A stretch of 63,992 bases of DNA, counting the filler, from Stramenopiles sp. TOSAG23-6 (lineage: Eukaryota), in the NCBI GenBank assembly GCA_900128565.1. It is 5 parts of 5 records of this genome, joined end to end, with 100 filler letters (N's around TTAATTAATTAA, not from the genome) between each part and the next. Parts side by side here need not be neighbours in the genome. Positions count along the whole stretch, not along the records: positions 1 to 13,431 come from LT636166.1; 4 more parts are not named here. The stretch is one strand, 5' to 3'. How positions within the stretch are numbered: the stretch's first letter is position 1; each line of letters begins with the position of its first letter. Positions 1 through 12,800 of the stretch are shown here, piece after piece. The notes below the pieces were generated by a model. The model searched no databases. It worked only from the letters and a program-made list of their open reading frames with translations, and was not told the DNA's origin. Both the position numbers and the translations under genes were made by a program.

Positions 1-789
1 ACGTGTATGTTTTATATGAATTTCTAATTTAATGTTTTTTTCATACGAAATTTCGTACCTAACTATTTTTTTTGAAATATTTTTTCACAATACGTGGAGT
101 ATGGTAGGTCATATAGTAGGACTCGGTGATCGTCATGGGGAGAATGTAATGGTTGATACAGTATCAGGTGAATGTGTCCATGTTGATTTTGATTGTCTCT
201 TTGATAAAGGCCTTGCTCTTTCTGTCCCGGAGCTTGCACCATTTCGCTTATCACCGAATATGGTAGATGCCCTAGGAGTAACTGGTGTAGAAGGAATATT
301 TCGGAGAGTATGTGAAATGACAATGGGTGAATTGCGAGGTAGACGAGAAATGCTTATGGGAGTATTAGAAAGTTTTATTCACGATCCTCTGGTTGAATGG
401 AAACGAAATGAAAAAAGAACGCGTAAGTACGTGTATGTTTTCATGATGAATTTTTTATCTATTTTTTTTTCATACATATCTAATGTATGTATCATACCTA
501 ACGAATTTCAAAAGTATAACATATTTCCCCAAAATACATTGGTGTTGAAGAAGAAGCGGAGGGGTCGTATCGTTTAGGCAGATGTGAGCAGAGATTACAG
601 GGTATTTATAACGTAACGAGACAACATTCACGATATGCAAGAACTACTGCAACAAATCCGATAGATTGTGAAAACATGGCTGACTCTCTTGGTCTTTCAG
701 TAACTGGCCAAGTAACAAAACTTATACGAGAAGCAACTAACAGTGAAAATCTTTGTCAAATGTATATAGGTTGGATGCCATTTTTGTGA
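1..789 (+). CDS. ATR: ATR/Mec1-like PIKK kinase, C-terminal part (5' truncated); exons <1-4, 96-432, 540-789
   Basis: WSMVGHIVGLGDRHGEN..HVDFDCLFDKG..PFRL kinase motifs. After removing introns it ends in FATC-like LSVTGQVTKLIREATNSENLCQMYIGWMPFL*. Confidence 0.9.
5..95 (+). other. Family intron, GT...GT ends
   Basis: gt|GTATGTTTT...TTTCGTACCTAAC...TTTTCACAATACGT|ggagt. Only 4 nt of upstream exon are visible. Confidence 0.6.
433..539 (+). other. Family intron, GT...AT (alternative donor at 427, same phase)
   Basis: Removal joins the kinase frame to the FATC-coding frame. Has TACCTAAC and ends AAAATACAT. Confidence 0.7.
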
Positions 790-872
790 TATGTTTCACA
801 AAATTGTGATATCCAGTTTGACAAAAAAATAAAGCATTCTATTTATAAAATTTTGTAATTTATAATCAATGA

Positions 873-3800
873 TTATGAAATGTGAAAACCACAAAAACCA
901 TAATGTATCACTACTTGAATTGCAGCTGCGCATTTTTCGTCCGAAGAATACTCGGGAAACTCACATTGAAAAAAACACGTGTGCGCCACGGGAAGGGTAG
1001 AGTCACCACCACCTCGACGAGTCAATTTGAAAGGTCTGCCCCAATCACTTTCTCGAGGTAACCGACTTCTTCCCCATACAAATCGGATAAATTGACTACG
1101 CTCGGATTGGTTTAGTTTTTCAATGGCTCTCCAAAAACGTTTTACGAAGATATTATTACTCTTCCCTCTCCAGCCTTCATAGAGAGTGTGTTTTTTTAGA
1201 ACTCTAATATCGACAGTCGTGTTTCCGCATACTAAAATTTGAAGTTGTTCACCAGATAGAAGTCGAATAGAACGTTCGGGAACTAATTCGAATAACCCCC
1301 TTCTAATTGCATCTATTTGAACATTAAACTCAGATAATCTTGCTATAAGTGCAAGTTGGACGTATTTCAATTTTTGACTCTGTTGAACTGGGATGCTCAA
1401 TATGTCCGAAACAAGTCGAATGCAGCTTTTCCCCCAAACTCCATTAATTGTAAAGTTCTGCATATAGGGAACATCTTTATATATTTCTAAAAATTCTTCT
1501 TCAGTCATTGGTTTAGATTCGTAAATGTCTTGCAAAAGTTGTGCAGTAATAAAATCAAATGACGACAATGCTCGAAATGCATTTAAATGCCACTGATGTT
1601 TATTTGTGTTAGGTCCTATATCAAAAGGTGTACCTACCGAGTTACACTTCCCCGTCAAAGCTGTCCAAAATGGAGGAGGCAGCAAAAACGGTAGGTAGTG
1701 TTGTGTACGAAGTGCAATACCCATCAAACGGCCCACAACAACAAAAGCACTCAAAGATTGGGGAGATTTTTGTTGTGGATTTGGTACAAAGCAATTACGA
1801 AAATTGCCTTCAGTATTTCTTCCATTGGGTGATTTGATGAACAATAATAGCGGTGGAGCATCTGATGACTCAGAAAATAGGTCATCTGTGATAAATGCAG
1901 TAAGGGTGTCTCTATATAAACCACCTGCATCAACACCATCCTCTCCACTAAACTTTACTTTAAATAATTGGGCATCTTTTAGACCGCCACGTAATGACGA
2001 TGCTGAGGCGCTTGCCAATGCATCAACAGCTTGTGCAAAAAGGCATTTTGATGTTTCAACTTGTCTAGCTGATAAATCATTTCGCGATTGCTCGCGACTT
2101 TGAAAAGCTTCTTGATTATTCAATGACATCGTGAATGAATCAATTTGACCTCGAGTTTTATATACCGCTGTATTTAGCATATTCATTTTACTTGCGAGAA
2201 AAATTTTAGACTTTAGGCGACTCAATTTAAGTCCAAGTGGCATTGATGGATTAATTTCATTTGCCGTAGAATCTATCGTTGTATTTGGGATATTGCGAAT
2301 ATTGAAGGTTTTTTCAATATTCGTATCTTCTATACTCATTAAATCCACTAAAGGGAGTACTCTATTGACGAAACCATTCCACAATCGAAGTATGGCAAAT
2401 CGAAGTCGAATAACGTAAGGAGCTTCAGTAATATTACCTTGATCTTCCGCAAACTGATCAAGAGGAAAATTAGCAAGTAATTGGAACCTGTTCTTTTCCT
2501 TTTCCGTAAGACGAGACATACAACCTGGTTGGAGATCAAATATAGAAGGTATCTTACGCTCTGAATTACCCCAGCGTCTATCAATAGAAATTGCTGAAGC
2601 CTCAAATGAAACTGATCGCTGTGTCACCAAACTCATCAACTCTTCATCCATACGCGATGTCCATATAGACATTGCTTTCGCCGCTTCTTTTAATCTTATT
2701 TCCATGCTCGGCAAACGCGAATACAATTCTCGTCGTTTAGCCTTGGCAGCTTGTTCCTTTGCTTCTGTGCACAATCGAGCCTCGTGGGCACATTTCACAA
2801 GAAAATTGCAAACTAAGGGATCTCTGCGTAACCATTTCTTGGAAAGACTGCGATTCAGCTCAAATAAAGAAGCTTCTTGTTCTTTCACGCTTGACATTTT
2901 TGTTGGTGAAAGACTAAAGTCACAGTCAGAAGTACCACCACAATTCAAATACCAAGCAAACTCTAGAGCTTGGTGTATTGACACACTTTTTGAAGATTTT
3001 GCAAATTCAACTTCAAATGGAATCACATAACGAGTGTTACATCCAACTGCAATCCGAAGATCTCTTTCAAGTATAACTACACCTGTAGTTGGGTCAAATT
3101 CTTTAATCACACTGCATTGCCACTGGATTGCATCAGACAAGGGGAATCCTCTTCCAGATCTTGTTTTCCTCAAAAATAATAAACGCCCAGAGTATTTTAC
3201 AGCGGTAGTATGGTGACTTGTTTCTGATCCCTCAGTATCAACTGAAACAATTTTCAACCATTTGTCTTTTATATCAAGCTTTAAATTATTTACGCTTAAT
3301 TCTTTATTCTTCAAATTTGCTTGTCCAAATTCTACTCTATCTAGGGCCCCCTTGTTGACATGGGTACCTTGCATAAATCTAAGATCATTCTGTATCGTCC
3401 AACACTGCCATAGAGATACAAAATTGGCTAATTCAATCCAATGTGTGATATTTTGCACATGGTTGAAACTTTGGTGAAGTAAATGCCTTTGCGATAAATC
3501 CATACTTTCAAACCACACTGGTATACTAGGATAATCTATCCAAACACGTTTTGTCCATTGAGAATCCATTGAATCACGTAAAGCTCTGGCTAATACGCAT
3601 ACAGGAAGCACACAACTAGAATCAGGGTTCGTCGTATTTGCTTTAACATATGAAGGATCCGATAATAAAAAGTCACACATATCAGAAACGACTAATAAAG
3701 TTCCAGATAAATCTTCTGGGCCAGGGATCCTTGGATGTCCTGCTAACTCTTCACTATCACTATCTGTATTATCATCTTTTGTCTTACTTGACGTAGAACA

Positions 3801-6800
3801 CATCTTCATAGAACTTTCAGAAGATTTATCTACTTTTGCATCAATATCTTTACGATTTCGTTTCGTTTTGTCATTATTATTGTCCTGTAATCCTAAGTGT
3901 CGAGCAGCTTCTTTCGCAGCAAGGATTAAGCCGACTAACTCTTGTACTGTTTGAGGAAGAAATACTCTTCCTTGTTTCTGTTCAGACATACACCAAGACA
4001 TTATTGATCTCTCGATAGGCTGGAGTAACTTCAAGTTTGGAACATCGCCGACACACCAATCTGAACGGACAAGACGAGTCAATAATTTTGTAACCCTTTG
4101 CTTCCCTGGCGCTCCTCGAGCTTGTAAATATGCTACAAGAGCATCAAATACTTGTGATTTATGACCTGTGCTAGTTTCGCGAAATAAAAGTTCAAGTAGC
4201 CAACAAGCCCACTCAAGACATGGAGCGGAAAGAGCAGCCGTTTCAGAATTCCATCGCTGGCCTTTTAAAGGTCTTATTTGAAAACGCCAGCCCCAAGGAC
4301 CCGTTATGGGGTTATCAATTTGCCCCGGTGGTTGATCTCTAGCACGAAATTTCCAATATACTGTGGATGTCGGTAGAGTTACTACTACAGGTCGCCAAGG
4401 TTTCGGTCCACTTGCAACACCAGTTAATAGACAATGCTCTTTATCCCTATAAAACTCTAATGTAGCGGTAGGTAAAGTCTCACATCGAGAGTCAAAAATA
4501 ATCCAATGAGCACCAGGTGTATCCAATTCAATCTCTCCAGATTCGTCTGAGTGTGGCCAGTACGGGTGAATTGAACTTGATGTTAGACGCAGTAGATTTT
4601 TCTGTGACACGCTACCTGGAGTAGTGGAGGTTCTAAGACTCAGAGTTGCTTCTTTTAATAGTGCATTTAGTAGCAATTTCATACCACTGGTGTCATTATT
4701 ACTAAATGCTTCTGTAGCAACCATTGTTTGTAGAACTTGTCTAAATTCATACATTACCATTGATGGATCTGGGAGCAGTCTTCCAGGACAACTTCTACAT
4801 GAACTATTAAAATTAGAACCAATCGTATGACTCTGATTCTCCAAAGTACTACTTCCAATTGAATCTCCCCCTCCAACTATAGACATACGTTGAAACATTC
4901 TGCATATACTAGTATCATTACTTTCACACGAAAATTCTTTTTGGGATGCCACGAAAACTTTCACAAGAATTATCAGCTGTTCAATCCAATTTGAAGAATC
5001 ATACTTTTGTTTTGTTTTTTCTTTTTTTTCTTGGTTTTCACTCATTAATTTGGCAGCATCAATTAATTTTACTGCAAGGTTCTGGTACTTTTCTGCTTTA
5101 GAGCCATGAGTAATATTCATATTATGCTTCGCATCCAGTTCGCATGTTGTATCAATGCTATCCTTAACTCCAACAATAATACGCGACAGACAAAGTCTAG
5201 AATATGATATCGATAGAGCTGCTTCAATACTAATACATCTTTGGAGAAGTTTTGTTCCATTAGATACAGATTTGCCGAAAAGCCGAACAATAAACCGGAT
5301 TTTTGATAAAGAAACTTCAGCCATAGATCTACGCGAAGTTTCAATGTCAAAATGGCAGATACGAATCGTGCTCTCCGACATATCATACACAACATCTGGT
5401 CTTTTCACTACAACTGCAAATACCCAGCGTAAGTCATTCTTATATATTACTGGGTTTACATTTTCAGCAAAAGAAGTAAAGGGCACCGCTACAACAATAC
5501 CAGGAAGTACGCAAGATATAGGTATTGGTGTTTTTTTATCTTTATAAACCGATTCCATATTAATTTTCGATTGAATACTTTCACCAGGGTTTGGAATAAG
5601 TACAGGATGAAACTCCATATCTTCTGTAAAATTTTGTAAATTGTAATTATTCTCATCCACCTTACTTTCATCATTTTCTAATAACTGTGCATTATTAGAT
5701 GCTTCTCCATCATAGTTCTGGCAACCAATTAAGGGTGTCTGAGTTCCGGCTATAGATGGAAATCCATTATCTGGGTCATTCCTTAAAATAATATTACTTT
5801 GCTGAAGATCCATTTCCCTTATCAACGCACGTGTCTCATCTTCTCTAAGAGTGTGTTCACCTAACAATTCTGAAAGAGTAGAATCATCAATACCCTGATG
5901 CTTCTCAAAGCTATCGGATGCTGATGCATTCCGTTTGATTCTGGTACGTTCATCTTGACGACGTAAAGCAATATTAAAAGGGTCTTCGATAAGTGCTTCA
6001 TACTTTGATATGTGTACAAATGTCGCTTCGTCAAGAACCCGAAGGTTACATCGAGTAAAACGACGTTCAACTCCATCAATCTCACAATAAATTGAATAAG
6101 ACTTTGTGCCATCATCTTCATCATGAATTTCGGAAACTTTTCCATAGTAATATTCAATATCTCTGGATCTATCCCATATAATATCTTCATTTTCAAATGA
6201 TGCTGATGTTTTTGAGTCGAATACAGATATCATAAAGTCATAAAAAGAATTGGTGCAAACCATATCGTCAATACTAAAAAAGGATTTACTAGATGTTTTG
6301 TGTTGCGAAGACGTGCTTACAGTGATATTTGGTTTTGAATCACCGTCATTTCTGCTTGCATTACATTCTTCAACATCTGATTCAGTACCGCTATTAAAAG
6401 ATTCTGACAACGGTGTCTCCTCATTTTCTACATTTATTCTCGGAGGAAAGTAAAATGGAAGTATTTCTGCTCTGGGTTTTTCTTCGCCTGTTTGAAACGA
6501 ATAGCCATTTGATAATAACCAATCAGCCGCTGCTTCTTTATTGTCGCGCATTAGGCGCAAAGCCTTGATACACAAGTTAAAAGGAAGCCCAAACATCATT
6601 GCCAATTCCTTGCCCGCTTCAAATCGGGAATCATATTGTTGAGAACTTCGATCTGTATCAAGACCTCCAGCATTTAAGAATGAGACCCCGGATGTAAGCA
6701 ACCAATCAGCTGCCATTTCTACATTATCTTGTTTCAATTCAAGTGCTTTAATACACAGCTCAATATTCTGGACCGGTGCAAAAGCCATTAATGTTGATGC

Positions 6801-9800
6801 AACAGCTCTTCGCTTGTTCATCGCGTCTTGTGATTTCCCTTCCAAGCATCTATCATTTATAACACGAGAAACAGGAGGGTCAATAGGTAAAATATTTCCA
6901 TATGTCATATCCAATATACGTGCCCACACTTCAGTATTTCGATACTCTAGTGTCTGTATTGTGTTCAAGTTTGGTTCAGATGATGCAGTAGAAGCTTCGG
7001 CTATTAATAGTGGTATTATGTTACATCCACGCGCAATAGCTAAGCCATTGGATGTTTGAAGAACAGTATGAAGAGCACGCATTGAAAATGCTCGAAGCAT
7101 TGCAAGTTGTAGAGATGCCACGCTTCGAATATGTTTCATTGCATAAAACTTATCCAAAAAATTCATACTTTCATCATGGTTTAAGTTCGTATCATCGTCC
7201 TCACTGTTACAATTGCAAGCTGATTCTGTCTCAAGAACCACAGAAGAAACATTAATAATTAGTTCCGATAAGTTTTCTAGTGATTCCATTGGCGTTGATA
7301 TCTCCTGTACAGGTGTAACTTTTGAAGCCAACATTGTATTAGCAACACGAGTATTATCGAATAAAACACTGACAGAAGATTCCATTGGAGCAAGAACATT
7401 TTCTTGAATACTTAAAACCGTACCGGCACTGCCACCCGCGACAATGACGCGACAACCAACACATAATGTTTCCCATCCTGTGCTCATCACTGCAAGTGAT
7501 GCAATTGCCAATGATATTTTGTTTCGCATGTCCTCAAGCTTATTTGTCGCTGTTTCTATACGAGTATTCTCATCAGAAAGAAACGTTCCAGACTTTTGCT
7601 CATATGGACCATCTGCTTGATCTGCAATACTTGATGACAATTTGCGCATATCCGCGGTAATACCTTCTGAAATGAAATCACGTAAAGATTTCGAAAGCTC
7701 AGATTCAATTGCAGTTGCCCAAATAGTCACAGACGTAGACACATCTTTTACGTTGGTTTTAAAAAAAATTCGAAGAAGATGAATGAGTACATTTGATGCA
7801 GCTCGACAAGAAGCACCATTTCCTATAATATCCATTTCCGACAATATTTCGTTTTTTGTGACATTCTGATTTGTTTCGCTTACTTCAGAATCACAATTAT
7901 TCATCGTTTGCAAATCCTGATTGAAGCTTGTTTCAGTATTTAGTTCACTATCTGTTTCATCATTTTCGATAGGAAACTTCTTTGAAGCATCATTGAATAT
8001 TTTACTATCAATTGGATTTGCAAGTAACCACTCAACAGCCTGTTGAGCATTTCCTCCACATACACGCAATGCTAAACGAGCTGTTTCACAATCAAATCCT
8101 ACAGCAGCAACTATTGTTACAGATTCAGGATTTACAGGAGGTAAAAGTTTTTTTGGTGGATTCAGAATAGCATGCCTTTCTTTGCTCTGGTGTTTTTCAT
8201 ATAATGAGTCAATTTTACCAGCAGCAACAGAGAGACCAGGAGGGATTAAAGCTGTACCCAAAGCGAAGAGAATATACCGCACGACTACTTTAGCCGCTGT
8301 CTCTTCATCTATAACCGTCACACATTTGACAACATCTATCACATCACTCTTGCACTTTGGAAAAGCTTCCTGAAAAGAAGCAAGTACTTCTCTTGGTTTT
8401 AGCCCTGGAAGAGAATGCGTGAGTAGTTTAATAGACAGACGCCTAATTCGAATGGACACATTTATTGTGTCATGACTTTCAGACAAAAATCTGCCAAGAG
8501 AAAGTTTGAATAATTGCGAGAGTAAAATTCGACGACCAAGATGTAGTCTACAACCTTTAGTATCGGCAATAGAAAGCAATTGACGAAGTATTTTAAATAC
8601 TGATTCTTCAGCTTCTCGAACAAGGTTAGAATCCGTATCATCGACAGTATTCTGCTCTGATACATTAGATGCATCATTTGACTTATGTTTTTCAGGTGAA
8701 AGTATTCTCATTGCAGATCGAAGTTGGAAAAATATAGCTCGAAACAAAACCCTCTCGAATTCAAGTGAAAAACAAAATGAACTATCTTCAATATTTCCAG
8801 AGTACTCGACTTCGAAATTAGTTGTATTTGCTAGATACACGCCCGTTGAATTATTATATTTTATTCCCTCAAGAGAGACATCAAAAGAATCTTTGTGTGT
8901 TGGCATAGTTGAAACGAAATCTCTCTTCCGTCCACCAGTTGTCATGACAAGTAATAATTGTAATAAAGGATTTGCACATCGTCTAAAGCGCTCCGCTGTA
9001 GAAATAGATAATCCGAGAGTATCATTTTGTTCATTACATTTGGCCTCTTTTTTTTTTTCTACTTTTCTAGCAATTTTCTGTGCACGTTTCTCATACTCTA
9101 TGGCAGATTTTCTTGCTCTAGATTCTTCTTGGATTTCTTCTACTGTTAAAGCACCAGAAGAAAATATATCATTTTGTCGATCTTCAAATGTTTGCAATAA
9201 AGACGTATAAGCAAGAACAAGAAATTCTATTGAGTGTATTTCTGCAGCAGTAGCAATGCTTCCATGAAGTAAAGTTGGTCTAGATTTCCACCAAAGATCA
9301 ACTGAATTTTCATCTACTGTTTTTTCCCATTGCATCGGTGAAGGGACGGCGCGCATGTGTTGAACAAGTTCACGTTTCGATAAATTTCCAACCATAATAG
9401 TTTGGCGTACGATTTCTACAGGCCAGGGCTTCCATTCTTGATGAAACATTGCAACACCTGAGTAATTAATTTTAACAGCCATTTTGCTTGGTTTCTCCGC
9501 TTCTGCATCAGCCATGGCTTCTAAGAGTGGAACTATACCAATCCTAAGCAAAAACTCCGAATCTTCGGCAGCAAAATCTAGAGCCCAAGTCCAGCAAATC
9601 CATTCTCCAAGAGCTGCATCTTTTTCTTCGTAAGCTTTGCGCATAGCGCATGCAAGATGTGTATATAGTTCAACAAACGCATTACGGACATCATGCCTGC
9701 AATTCTTTCCACAACCACTCAGGGCTTTCAGAGGATAATGACGAACACGAGAGGAATCAGCTGCTGGTGGAAGACTTGAAAACGATTTAACAGATAAATT

Positions 9801-12800
9801 TGAATCTTTTCCAGGACCAATGAATAGTGGGGTATTTTGATACTCATGGTACTTACCAGGTAGTTCCATTTCTCTTATTGTTACACTCGGAATATCTATG
9901 TCAAGAACAGATTTCACTTTCTCTTCACGTAAATCAAGTTCTGTGTTTTTCTCTTCAGCGACAGTTACTGGACCATTCCTGATTACAGGTTTTTCTTTGG
10001 CAATACGTTGAACCCATGACACATCACCCATCAACGCCGGACGGAGTCTTAGGAGCGCTATTTGTTTTGCAGCGGATGACGATAAACATCGGAGTAATTG
10101 CAACATTCCACGCAATCCTGCAGCTCGTGAGTCAGCACGATTTCTTCTTATACCATTTGGGCCAATTATATAGCGTAAGTGTCGCGGACTAGCGCCCAGT
10201 TTGAATCCTTCTTTTGTATAAATTAAAATATCACCCAACACATTCAAAAGACCAGAGGGAGGAAAGTAGTTGGATTTATTTAAATCGCTACATTCTTTGA
10301 AGGGTTGCTTTTTGAGTAATCGCATTCGTTTAACTGTCGATAAAAATTTCGACCTAGCGCGTAAAACTGTAATTAAAATACCCCAACTTTTTTGAGAAAC
10401 TTCATAATGCCAACGAATTGTCAATGGCATTCGAGAAGGAGGCGATAATGCACGCCAATTCGAATCCAATTGCGAAACGTTTTTGTTATTCAATTTCCCT
10501 GTAAAAATAGGAAGTGGGGCATGAAGTTTTGTTGGGGCAGAGGATTTAAATTGATTTCGAGTTTGCTTTGGGTTTGGAAATATGACCGAAGGTACTATCG
10601 GAGTGTAATGCGAAACATCAACTGAGTTTTTCTTGTTATTTTTGATATCTGTAATCACTGGACAAACTTCCAGGAGAAACATAGCACGGTTTGCATACAA
10701 GTCACACTGCATATCAAATGTAAGAGCCGTTCCAGTTGCTATTTCTTCATCACTAACCTGTCTAAATAATGTTGGACGTATTTGCACATTATCTGATGTT
10801 ACAGATGTCTCTTTCTGTTTCAAGCTTTTCTGTTTCATTGAGGTTAAATGCTTGCGAAGTTTCATGACTGTGTTCCATAATAATTGTAAATTTTCAGAAG
10901 GTATGCGTGTGGGTGAAGCATCAACATTTTGTTTTGTTGATTCTGATGATAATGGATACATAGGAGGGATTTTATGTCGCATTGAGGTAACCGATACTTC
11001 AACTTCATCACACAGACTTTGTCCACAATGCCACAACAACGCCGCAAAGAAAGGTCGCTCACATTGCGGGAAATTATTATATCTTCCTTTTTTAATAAGA
11101 AACTTTTCGCGGGCGGTTAAAACTTGATATGACATGAGCCATTTTTGTATAATTTCCCAGTCATGATTGCTATTTCCAGTATAATTTACATCTTTTATGT
11201 TTGCCAATGAAAACAAAAATGGTCTAGGAAAACGAGATTTTTCAGATGCATTTGTCGGACTAATGATTCGTCTACTAAATGAAGACTTGCCTACTAAACT
11301 TGGTATTGGAGGTGGTGGTGTATCTCGACCTTTACTTCGAGGAAGAGGCGTTAGTCGAGAATGACTAAATTTTTTTTCTGGCGGGGGACAAGAAATCATA
11401 CCGTTACTGAAAAGAGGAGATCGAAGCCATGGCGCTAATTTTTCTTCTTCATCTGTCTCGGGCTGACCACAAATTAGACCCGCAGCTTGGCGACCACCGA
11501 GCGTTGCCAAAGATATCAGTATTCGAAAAACTTTTGGTAAAACGGAATTTAGAGCTGATGAGGATTCCTTGCCTTTTGAATCACTGTTTTGATTCGTAAG
11601 AATATCTTGATGTATATCTCCACCGACTTCAACTTCACGTATAGCAATGAGTTCAAGAGCTGTTTTCCCAGTAAACCGTCGCAATTCTCTTCCATTTTTG
11701 TATTCACCAAATGAAGCAAACTTTTCATTAAAATATACTACACGAAATTCGCCTGAAATTGGTGTTCTAAAATTTATATATCCTCCAAGAGAACTTGTGA
11801 GACTAATTTTACTATTTTCTAATCGTTCGCTATTTTTTTCTTCTGCTGATTGCCTTTCTTGCCACGCTGCTTCAATTTCAGCGTCACAATCAATAGGAAG
11901 AACATGCCAGTCTCGAGAGGAGGGTGGTAGAGGTAATTGACGATTATCTGCACAAAAATATGCCCAGCAATACAATGCATTGCTATTTTTGGAAATGCCA
12001 GTAGAACTACTACTACTCAATAATCGCACCCTCCGCTTTGATTCTTTCAATGCAAGGACACTTTCAACATGTTGCACACCTGGGTGTTTGACAGCAAGTT
12101 GATTTAGAGTCCGCGTAACTGCAACAACTCGAGGAAGCAGCGAAATAGCAAGCCACCTCCAGCCATTGCCACACATAAGGCTTAGTGTATCACAAACTAT
12201 GGGAAGTAGTTCCAGTATGGGCGATCTATCTAATCGTTCAATTTTGCACTCTTTAGCTCCAAGCTCGATTGAACAACGGGAAAATAGATTGTCTGCTAAC
12301 CAACGAATCAAATTACAACATGGATGAGGCGGGTCACTACCATCATCAGATAATGGCAATTTAAATGTCTTTCCAGAATGATTATCTTCGTCATTTTTTC
12401 TATTTTTCGGTGAAGTATATGCTGGATTACTATTTATTTTCGATAGATAGTTTTGCTTTGCTTCTTCCGTTGCTCGATTATGTGCACTTACGGCTCTAGC
12501 GGCAGCAGATGCAAGCAATACAAATAAACATCGTAATACATTAATGGAATTCGTCGAAGCCTCTCTCATGATGGTTCGTTTTTTCTTTTTCAATTTATGA
12601 AACATTCTTTCGCCACCAATATCGGAAATACTAAATCGATAAGGATTCCATGCCAGAAATAGTAAATTCGTCACAGCTTTCCGAAATGCAATATCCTGAG
12701 AACGTGGATCTCTCCACGTACGTAATGACAGCGGAGACGCCAGTACATTTGCCATTGACTCGGGGGTGAGTTGAAGCAAGTTGGGCCGAATTAGACGTAG